Source: Antedon mediterranea (lineage: Eukaryota; Animalia; Echinodermata). From it: 64,000 nt of DNA. Shown in pieces: positions 12,901 to 24,900 of this stretch. The number at the start of each line of letters is the position of its first letter. Positions within the stretch are counted from its first letter, which is position 1. Below the pieces are notes generated by a model, which was not told the origin of the DNA, ran no database searches, and saw only the letters and a program-made list of their open reading frames with translations. Both the position numbers and the translations under genes were made by a program. The stretch is from positions 6,138,001-6,202,000 of the forward strand of contig NC_092672.1 in NCBI RefSeq assembly GCF_964355755.1. Direction: 5' to 3'.

Positions 12901-15900
12901 TGCTGATATTATGGAAGTGGTATGCAGTTCTCTCTTAACTGCTCGCCAACTCGATTAGACATGGAGTAGAGAGTAAGTATTTTAAAATAATTATAAATTC
13001 TGAGTCTTTAATTAGTTTTTCAACAACTAACCTTTCTTTTTCATTTATTTGTTGATTCATGAGAATAATTTGACCTGAACTATCACTGGCATTTTCTTCC
13101 ATCTTCTTCTTTTCTGAATCCTAGTGAAAAAGATTTCACATATTAGGGAGTTTTCTGTGACTGCCAAATTAAAGACATGTGCACACTCACAATCAGTACT
13201 GTGATAGCTTCTGTAACTATGCCAATAGATACAGCTGTAAAATAACCTGCAACTCTCTATTAAAGCTGAGTTGCAAAGTACTGATCCTGCAACCTTGTAT
13301 GTTAATTTTGACCAATTCCTACAGTTGCCCTTGTTTCCCAATAAAGAGCCATGTGCAAAAGAAATAGACAGACTGTTTGCTAGTTGTTGGGTTTGTATTT
13401 ATTTAAATAAGATCAGATTTACTCACAAATTCGCTTTTTTCTTTTAACAATTTCTTCTGCGTTTCTTCCGACGTTTTCAACGTCTTTTCAAAATCTGTTA
13501 GCAATCCAAATAAAAACTAATTAAGTCACATTTGGGAGTCATTTATCCATATAAATAACAAAATCACAAGAGCCCTACTGTACTGTATATTTTTATCGCA
13601 ATATAAATAATCTATAGGTCTTATACATGCAAAGCCTTCTCCCTCTATAATATATAATATGGCCCAAGTGTGTTTGATACTCACCTATTTTGGCCTGTTT
13701 TAATTCTTCAACTTCACTTAGAACACCACAATATGCAGTTTCCTTTTCACTTAACTTCTTATTTAAATCTATAAATTCCAGAATTAAGGATGAATTAATT
13801 CATAACTGATGTTAATATATATTTGGGTTTATAGATGATGAGGTGGAAGAAAAGCATGAATATTTATTTTAATAAAGACTTCTGATATTATTTTCCTTGT
13901 GTGTACGCAGGGACATTGGGATGTGCTTACTCAGTCAATTCCTTAACACACAATTTTGGTAGAATGTCCAAGCAATAAGCCCCAACATTTTGCTTGCACT
14001 GTTTCTTTATATATTGTATCTTCAGGTATCCCACTACCTACGTTATATCTGATTTCACAAACAGGCATATCAGAGAATATCAGGATGTAGACCTCTCTCT
14101 AGCCAGTTCAGATGAGTTTTTACAAGAAATGCTAACCAATATTTTTATTTCCTGAACCAAGGTTTTCCTGGGTATTCCACCCCGCAAAGTCGGCCCAATT
14201 TTGTGTTCCAGGGGTAAGGTAATGCAAGAAAAGTAAGAAAAACCTGACATACCTTCTACTGTTAGTTCAAGCTTCTGCTTGTTTGCAACTTCAATTTGCA
14301 ACTCCTGAGCCTAAAGAAGTAAATATATAATATCTCATCAAACAGTTTTCGAAGGATATATATATGTTTGAAGGTTTGCACGACGAAAATCGATATGTTG
14401 ACCATAAGTAAGATAAGAGAAGCTTGCGGTACATAGCGTATGTTGTTCTCAACACTGCTTTTCAGAACTACATACCTGGTGCAGCACAAACTTTATATCA
14501 ACAGGATAATAACTTCAAATCAACAAAAGTTGATAAAAGAGGGTTATATAAACAAAAACTAGATAGAATTAGAAATAACAGTAACTTACAATAACAAATA
14601 AGACTATTAATATCAACACAACAAAAGAAAAAAAAAATAAGAAGAACAAAAAACATATACAAAACTAAACTAATAGTGCTACACTATTTAAATTACCATA
14701 AATATGCTACTTATATATACAACAATATAAACAAACAATACAAACATATACACATACAGCCAGGTCTACCTTTTCTTGAACCTTCCGCTCAGTCTCCCCT
14801 TTTTGTTTCTCAAACTCTGATAGCTGTTGTTCTAATTCCGCAATTTTGACGATCTTTACTTTCAATTCCTCGTTGGCCTGGTTGCCGTCTAATTGCGCCG
14901 TGTCGTACACTTGCTGTTTTGTTTCTAAGTCTTTGATCTTCTTTTGTTGTTCTTCAACCTGTTCCTGTAGAGTTGACGCTTCCATTTCCATCTCGGCCAC
15001 TTTGAAATCTTTATTATCATTTTGATTCTGAAAATATATTTTTTATATATATTGATTTTACCCATTTCCATTATATCAAACATAACCAATAATGTGTGTA
15101 TTGCTTTGAGGTCTGTCTATACTATCAAACTTTATGAGACAAAAAAAATGTGATGTGCCCATATATGGAAACAATGATGTCATATTACTACCAGAGAGTA
15201 ACAACTCCCTGTTAGTGATATAAGATAACCATGACAATAATGACCAATTTTAAGCTCTGTCTACACTATCAAACTATTTAGACAAAAAAAGTGTGATGTG
15301 CCCAAATATGGTAGTGATATGACCAAATATAGTAGTGATATGACATCATAATGTCCATATATAGACACATCACATTTTTTGATAGTGTAGACAGAGCTTT
15401 AGACTACTCTATAATGTACTCACTACAAGCTCATCTATCTCTTGTTGAAGTTTTCTATTTCTCTGATTTTCTTCCAGTAATCTATCTTCAAGTTCCTTCA
15501 ATCTTTCAAGTTCTTCTTTGTTTTCCTCCTGAAAATTTTGAAAAATAATGTTATTTCCCACAAATTGTTGAGTATTTTTATACAGATTTGGGTGCTACAC
15601 AAATACCTTGTGTGATTCAACTATTATCCCAGGCTTGACTTTAGATATATCTGGGCCTATTCTAGCAGTCCTACCTAGCCATTGTTTAAAAAGCTTCAGA
15701 AAACCCCAAGGCAATATTCAGATAAAATAGACCCCTCCCAACCCCCTTTGAGACATCTCTATCAGGGGACACTTTCCTGTGAATCATATGAGGGGATGTT
15801 TCAACACTACGTCCAAACCTTATTCTGTGTTTTCCCTTAACAGGGGTTCTACAACTACCAATTATTATGTCATGAATTGGAACATACTAGATAAAATTAC

Positions 15901-18900
15901 CATTTTAAAATACAATTGATTTAATAGCTAACCTTGAGATCTGAAGTGTCTATGGTAGCTTCCTCAATTCTAAATTGTAGATCATCTACTTTCCTGAAAA
16001 TGAGATCATAATTTATAATAATGTTATATCATAACAATAACATCCTTGCATTCAATGACAATGATTTCTATTTAAGTACATTGCTGGTCAACAAGCAATC
16101 TATCTATATATGTTCTAGGTTAATTAATTATTTCCGTGTAACAAGTTAAAAATCACGGTAAACACCCAACTACAGGATGACACATACCAAATGCAAAAAC
16201 CTTAAAGCAAAATAATTGCATGGGAACATAATAAGAATCTAACCAGAACTGTGCAATTGGAATATGGCTATACTGCATTGAAACACCGGTTTTCGCCATA
16301 TGTACCAAAGTTAAGATATGTTGGGCCCAGTTGCTTTCTGGATAGGAGACCGACTAAGGATTGTGGGGGGTGCTTTAAACCGGAAAGTGATGGTACAATT
16401 ATAATATCAGACTAGCATGTGATAGGCATGGGTTCGAGGCTACCTGTACCATACTGATTGCATCCTTAGGCAAGATGCTTTAGTCTCATTGCTTTGTCCT
16501 TCGGATGGAATGTAAAGCTGTTTGTCCCGTGTACATCTAGTGCATGTTAAAAAACTTGGTACACTATTCGAAAAGAGAAAGAAATCGTCTTGCAATGTGC
16601 TGATCTGGTAGGCGCTGCACTGTTGGCTGCTGTGGGATGACCTAATCCAGTTAAGCTTGAGGACCAGAATACATTTAACATTAACCACCAAATTCATGAC
16701 TATTACAATGTTAACAATCTCTCAACCTTTCTAATTAATTAATTACCTTTTTTGTAGTTCTAGTTCCTGGATCAGTTCCACCTTTTCCTTATCTGCTGCT
16801 TCTACTAAGTACTTTAGGGAGTCTATCTCTTCCATACTCTCACGAACATACTGTTAAGAATATCAGTAACATTTATTGCATACTAATTCAAAATAAATAA
16901 CATAAAAAATTATTATACCATTATTTATTGGCTCAAAAATTATTAAAAATTAATTAAATATTCTTTATTATAATTATTATATTTATAAGCTTTTTAAAAA
17001 TATTATATTTATTATTTTCATATATAGATGTTTGTTTATACCGTACAGACATCAATAACAATAATTTAATAAGGTAAAATTACAATCTTGTAGGAATACA
17101 GAGTTACAATATTATATATTATTCCATTTCAATAAGAAATAAAGCAAATACATATTAATTATTTAATGTATATATTTAAAGTATTTATTTTAATAGAGAT
17201 ATAAATAAAGACCTTATTTAAATTACACTGTGTTTTTAGAATTATTTTTCAGTATAGTTATTATATTATTTATATTATAATAACCATTGATTATTATTTA
17301 AGTTTGATACCATATATCAAAAATGTTGTACAGTAGTGTTGTAGTTGTGGGTATACATCATGCACAGCCTTCAGTAGTCTAATCTATTGTGCATAATGAT
17401 TACTATTATTTACAGGCAAGAAACATTAAGAAGTATTTTAACAATACATTTATAATTTAATAAAGCATAAATTTCCATCTATTTTTAAGGAAGGTAAGGA
17501 ATAATAATATTTATACATGCTTAATTTATAAAAATCTGATGAAAAATAAAAGTATTTTTTTGGAAGATAAATAAAATTGATTTATTTGAAAAAGAAATAA
17601 TTTACATTATTTTATACAAACCGTTGTAAACAGTTGCCAAGATACGGTAAACAAACAATATTAAACATATCAATTAAACATTCTCAACATAAAATAAGAC
17701 AAAACATAAACAAAATATCATACTTGCATATATATATCAAACAAAATGGTGGAACAAAAAGCATATGTAATATCAGGCGTGGCACCAATGTTTCTAGGAG
17801 GAGCTTAACTTTTAGGAGAGGGGAAGGTTAGATTAGGGGAGGGATAAATTCATTTTTGTAGTTACTCCAAATAAGGACCATGACTAATAATTGTCAGTAC
17901 TTTTGACATTGAATCATTTTAATTAAAGCCCAGTTTTATTCATTTTTTTATCCAAGTTTAGCTGGGATGCTACAAAACCTTAAAAGCAATGGTCCATATA
18001 ATAATGAGAAATCATGTATTTTTGTTATTCATTAAAATTATTACTAGGATGGTTGTAACCACTCAAATGGTGCCACTTCTGAACAAAATATAATAGAATA
18101 GAATTGAAAGGTACATGTAATGAAATGTGTGTACTAACAAATACTGTATGTAAATACTGTACTGTACTGTAAATAAAAACATAATGTAAAGATGTGTGGC
18201 TTTGTTTTAGATACCTTCTCATGCTGTGTTCGTAAAGCTGCTAGTTCCAACTCCACCTGTTAAAGGTTAAGATAGCACACAACATCCAATCAAAAATTAC
18301 GAGACAAACAAATGCACCAATCAGAATACACGAAAACAATTGTTCACCATGCTTCTAACAAATGCACTGTACCACTACAAACACATGGCCAAATATGACA
18401 AGGAGGGTTTATAATCTGGGGTTTTTACAGTAACTTAGGGTGTTTTTTTTATAAGGCAGCTTTTTAGGTTGGGGGTATAAATATGTGTAAACCAAAGTAA
18501 TTTAGGTCGGTAATTTCATGCACCTCTGCGCCAGTGAGTACAGTTAAACTATCCACAGGCAAAAGGGAAGGAATATTTTTGACTAAATTCCACATAAAAA
18601 ATACATAAAGAAGTTGGGAACTTACTGAACCATTATTCTGTGGGCAAATAAAAAGCTAACTGCATAAATATTTATTTAAAAAAAAAAAATTATTTCAACA
18701 CTGTTTTTTTAGGTTGGTCCATCCAGTCGCAACTGCTTCAATTGAAATAATTATTATCCAAGATTATAAACTCCTTGATATATTTGGCCAGAATGAAACA
18801 TTAAAAAATATGGTGATATATATAAATATTATATAGTTAATAGTAGAATTCTATCACCTACCCGGTAATGCTGAAAAACGCAACCAAAGTCAAAACCGTA

Positions 18901-21900
18901 CACCACAGTGTCAGAGATAGTAATATAATAATTTATAAATTAAGAATATAATTAATAGATAAATTTCTTTAAGAATTCCAAAAATATTGGTGTATAATCT
19001 TTTGGTTAAACCACACCTCAAATATTTAATTTAAATCATTAACAGTATCAAGTGTTTTAAAATGTATAAATTCTGTAGAAATCCAAAATTTAAGAATTCC
19101 AATGTATAAATATCATTAGCATAAATCAGAGGTTCAAATTATTTGACGAATAAATTTTTCATTCGATTCTTACCGCAACAAGTGTGGCGACTGGGACACA
19201 TTTTGAACACTGATCAGATAGCAGGGTATTTTATTCAATGAAATGTTAAAATATATTAAACATAAAACTAAAATTTGTATTAATATGATTTCAAAGTATT
19301 AGTAAACATCATTTAATAAATATAATATTAAAATTAGTGTTGATTTAAGTAAGTTAAAGACATGATTGCAATTTTCATCATTAGTATTGCTATAAATAAG
19401 TCTAATCACATTTCCTCATCATCACACATTAAATTATCATTTGAATACCCCAGAATCATTGAAGCATGCTGCTTAAATTTCCCCAGAATCATTAAAGCAT
19501 GCTGCTTGGATTTCCCAAGAATCATTGAAGCATGCTCCTTGGACTTTCCCGGAATCATTAAAGCTTGCTGCTTGGATTTCCCCAGATTCATAGAAGCATG
19601 TTGCTTGGATTTCCCCCGGAATCATTGAAGCATGCTGCTTGGACTTCCCCCCGGAATCATTGAAGCATGCTGCTTGGACTTCCCCCGGAATCATTGAAGC
19701 ATGCTGCTTGGACTTCCCCAGAATCATTGAAGCATGCTACTTGGACTTCCCCCGGAATCATTGAAGCATGCTACTTGGGACTTCCCCCGGAATCATTAAA
19801 GCATGATGCTTTGGCTTTCCCAGAATCATTGAACCATGATGGTTGGACTTTTTCCCGAGCCATTGAAACACATCAATCTTTCATTCCATACTTGTTCTAT
19901 TATAAATGCATATTCACTAATAAAACTTTTGCTAATTTAAAAAAAAAATAGATATAATAAACAATTCTATGCCAAGCATTTTGATAAAAATCTAAATTAA
20001 ACCAATTAGAACAAAGCAACAAAATGCTTTAAAAACCAAGAAACCAAAAGAAATCAAAGTTAAAAGAATCCCATGCAAGAATTTTGTGCAAAAAATTTCA
20101 AAAATAAAAATTTGTGCAAAAGGTGTTATTTATTTATTTGCAAAATAGACTTAAGTTTCTAATGTGAGTAAAAGAGTAACTCAGGAGAAGATAGAGATAT
20201 GATATAAAACAATTATCTACCATAAAAGGGAAAACAAAAAGAACTGTTATGACACCATTTGCAACCCATACACCTCCAAAGGCTTTAAACATGTATAGGG
20301 ATAGAAAATAGGAGGGAGGGGGATGGTGGAAGAAAGGTAAATGATAATAAATAAATGAAGGGTGAAAGTAAAAGGAGCGAACTTATATGGAATAAAATCT
20401 ATATTTAGAGTTAAAGCTGGTTTGGAAGGTCAGTATTAGGGAACAATATTATAAATTGAAAATAGAATTAGACATGACAAGAATATTTTGTGCGGAATAA
20501 TTGTTAAGTTACAATGAAATGGGTATTTTGCATGTAGAAATAGATATTCTTTATTATATTAAGAAAGTATTTTGTATGAGATAGATGGATGCAATGGAGG
20601 AGTGATTCTATTTAGAGCTAATTTTTATATATATAATTAAAGGTGATAGTTGTAGGTAGAAAAAATGGAATTGTTTATGTCCAAATTAGATATGGGAAGG
20701 CTATTCAGAACAGCATTATATTTTGTCTTAATTCAAGTTAAAACAGCTAGCTGGGTATGGAGTCACAATTTGTGATGAGAACATGAAAATCATATTCTGT
20801 ATAATATAACTTTTTATAATGTTAGGCAGAAATGGATGAATTTTAAATTATGTTTTTGTAGATCTAAGCTACTACCAAGGCTACTACATTGATTTATATA
20901 CCAAAAGTTACCAGACCTAGTCAAATATTTACCCATGCCCACTTTGATACCTACAATAGCAACAACAGAACCCCATAGGCCTAAATTATTATTGCTTGTC
21001 CATTTAAATACATTATTTTCAAGTACTAAGCATTATGCATCAAATATAATTTTAAAAGTATAATTAGCCATACTGTAGCCCAAATTTCTCAGTCTAAACT
21101 TATTTATGGTAATTTAACAATTAATATCGCTTACAAATATATAATTTATATTTTTATTATTATATGTTGTGTTATTTTTATTGTATTAATTTATAAAAAT
21201 TATGTTAAACTTCATAAACCAATATGGATTAGTGTCAATGTTATACCTATGTTATAAATCCACTAAAAATGCAACCACAGAAAATATTATCTATGTACAT
21301 ACTGAGTTAATATACTGATAAATGTATATGCTGTATTAAACAATGTTTAATATGCTCTACCAATGTAAAGTATTATAAATAAATGGATCGTATCTTATAG
21401 AATGCAGGCATGCTAACTTTTGATATGATAGGAATTGGTGTTCGTAATAAGGACTTATGTTGGTGGTGCTTTCCTTAAGTCAGGTGGTGTATTTACATAT
21501 AATTTAATGTATGCATTGCAACTATGACATGATGCAAGGTATTTGTATGTGTTCATAATGATAGGAATTGGTGGTTGTAATAAGGACTTATGTTGGTGGT
21601 GCCTACCTTAAGTCAGGTGGTGTATTTATGTATCATTTAATGTATGCATTGCAACTATGACATGATGCAAGGTATTTGTATGTGTTCATAATGATAGGAA
21701 TTGGTGGTTGTAATAAGGACTTATGTTGGTGGTGCTTACCTTAAGTCAGGTGGTGTATTTATGTATCATTTAATGTATGCATTGCAACTATGACATGATG
21801 CAAGGTATTTGTATGTGTTCATAATGATAGGAATTGGTGGTTGTAATAAGGACTTATGTTGGTGGTGCCTACCTTAAGTCAGGTGGTGTATTTACATATA

Positions 21901-24900
21901 ATTTAATGTATGCATTGCAACCTATGACATGATGCAACTATAGATGTGTTTATAATCAAATCTATTTCAGATATGTAGAAAGACTATGTATTGGTGGTTC
22001 ATATTGAACATACATTGCAAGTTAAATTGTGAAATGACGCAACTATAGATAGAGTGTATGCGTGTTTGTAATAAAATGTATTAATTAATTACATGTACCA
22101 GTATGTAGAATATCTTAATATGCATCGTTTGAACAAATTTTAATGCAATTTGCATAATGTAAATGATTATTATGATGAATAGTTTTTTTTCCTCATTTTT
22201 ATGTCTAGAAAATGTGTGTCCACATGTAAACATGAAGATATGTCAGGTGTATGTTATCATATATAATAATGTTTTAAAAGTATGTATTACATATTCATGT
22301 ACAGCATTATGTTATGTATTTAGTATAGCATTCATGTGTAATATAAGCATTCATGTATGCATGTGGTCCTATACTAAATATGCATATGCAAACATTTACA
22401 TATAATGAATATTCGCATCATGAATATTCATACCTGATTATCGGGCATTGAACTAGAACCGACGGTGGGCGCTGACGAGGGTACAACTGGCTCGGCTAAA
22501 TCACTGGCTGACGCGCCAGCATCGATATCTAAGTCGTCCTAATAAAGAACACCAATGCACATAAAATATTGGAACAGAAAAGTGAAGAAAAAAAATCTAA
22601 ATGGTAAAAACAAAATATAATATCACTGGTTGATGATAAACAAAAATTAAAGAATAAACAGACACAAAATAAAATTACAACTTTAAGGTTACACCAATTT
22701 ACAATAAGAAAGAAAGTTGAACCACAAAAAGAAATACTATGTTAAAAAATATTTACTTCTTGGTACAGAAGAGTCATTTAAAAAACTTAAAATTGAAAGA
22801 ACTTGTTAGGAATGGAAGCAATAAAAATGTGTTTTAATTTGAAAAATGAAAATTGAAATGTATCTTTAAAAATAATAATAAAAATATATAAAAAGCATGG
22901 TTTAGTTTTTAAAAATAAATATCAGCCATGCAGTGCTTTGTGTACATTTAGTTAATATACAATATTGCACGTACCTGTGAGCCAAGTTTACGCGGCGTTT
23001 CTAATGTTCTAGGGGAACCAGGATCTGTCGTTGAGGACCGTGCAAGGCTTCTCGACACGCTTGACGTTGATCCTATAGAGCTGATGGAGCTGTTGCTGTT
23101 ACTACGTTTATCGCGCATCAAACCGCTACCATCTTTGGTTTTGGCACCGGTACCACGCACCTTAGTAACCTTGTGTACAGGAGCAAATAGGCCATGCTTT
23201 GGTTTGCATTGAAAATACCTGAAAAGGAGAACATTTAGAAATTGGAGTAGATTAACACTAATTATAGTATAACTCCTTCAGGTCAAAGTGTTTCCTTAAA
23301 ACATATACATATAAACATATGCCTTGTTCATTTCACATGAAAATGTTCCTTTAATAGGGATGTCCCTTTAATAAGGGTGTTCCTTGAATAGGGATTTGCT
23401 GTAGTGTTAAAACATATATTGCCCCTTGTTTATTTCACAAGTGTCCCTTTAATAGGGAATACAGTATGAGTATTTCGAGGGAAGGCTTCTATAGTGCCCA
23501 CTTCAAACTTGTGATACCTTTACCTTGTTCCTACCAAAGCACTATTGGTATGTGTAATATGTAATAAAATCTATTCAAGATACGTAGAAAAAGTATGTCT
23601 TAGTGACTCGTATTATTGAACATACACATTGCAAGTTAAATTGTGATACATTTTGTTTACCTTGTTCCTGCCACAGCACCATTATTTTTACCCTGTTCGT
23701 CATCCAACTCAACTCCCGCCCAGTCTCCTTTGGCAAATTCTGTCGTTCCGATGTACCGTAGCGTTCCAAGCTTTGTACCGCTTACAAGCACACGATCTCC
23801 AACCTTTACACAATAAGTAACAAAGTATGCTTTTTACAAGTGTATTTTTGAAATGTATTTAACCATACATACAATACATGCTGGTGTGTGTGTGTGAAAC
23901 AATATAAACTAAACGTGTAGGAGTTTCGTATTAATGTCAATATCTCGTAATGATGGTTAATGTAATAATAACATATACAGTACAGAAAGAAAATACTGCA
24001 ACTTTTCCTATGCAGTAGCTTCGTAGATAGAACGTAGGCTACGTTGTTGGCTTTGTAGGTTACATTGGCTTCGTAAACTCAATAAACAACATTCAATGAG
24101 CTACGTTCTGAACTTCGTAGGGAGTTCGTAACCCAAATAAACAACCCTACCTACGATGTTCTTAGTGAAGTATGTTATTATGTTTTTGTAATAAGTGCAG
24201 CAAACTAATCCATTAGGGTAAAGGTGTACATGCTCGCCATTATACACAGAGACAACACAGAGTTCTTAAACTTAAATTTGTCAATGCTTACCTTAAGTCC
24301 CATATGTTCAGGTGTGTGGTCATTCGTTGGTGTGCTGAGAGCCGCGGCCTGGGCAGCCGTCGTCGGAAGCTTACTAAGTGACCTACTGGATGAGGCTCTG
24401 GTCCCCATACGTGGTGTGTTAGGTATCACATTGGGCCTAGCTTTTGTCTTTCCCCTTTCTCTCATTAATTTTTCCGGTTTAACAAATACGCCCTTCTTAG
24501 GCTCGCACTGAAAGTAGCGTACACCATTAACAGAACCGTCATTCTTCCCCACCGCTTCATCCAATACGCAACCGGCCCACTGACCAGTTGCAAATTTAGT
24601 CTCACCCAAAAACTGTATATATCCATGTTTATCACCTCCAACGACAACTCTTTCACCGATGATAAAACTGTCTCGAGATCCGGTACTATCACCGCTTTCA
24701 GAGTTAGTTCGTACTAATTTATCTGCGTACTTAGATGCGTCGCTTGCACGCATCCCAGCTGCTCTTGCAGATTGAGCCACGGCATCTATGGTAAACAGAT
24801 ACAAAAGTTATTTCTACAGTATGTTAAGGAATTCCAGTCAATTACAGACTTCTATTTAGGACTCATTACTCTAAAAGGGTCTTACGTGACAAGATTTTTT

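Noticed and set aside
14758-14769. Tandem donors 12 nt apart (gtagac versus gtatgt) on a CLIP1 exon
   Set aside because: Cannot tell which is used; it adds only VDLA and is an ordinary annotation ambiguity.
16262-16376. Functional 5S rRNA gene
   Set aside because: Many substitutions, no oligo-T terminator, and it runs directly into SINE body sequence.
19447-19865. ~33-bp partly palindromic repeats resembling a CRISPR array
   Set aside because: Copies are contiguous with no unique spacers, there are no cas genes and the context is a eukaryotic intron; this is a minisatellite.
21247-21262. 16-nt microexon candidate with UGC (tggttgcatttttag|...|gtataa)
   Set aside because: Not a multiple of 3, weak donor and no compensating partner exon found; worth a look only if reads exist.
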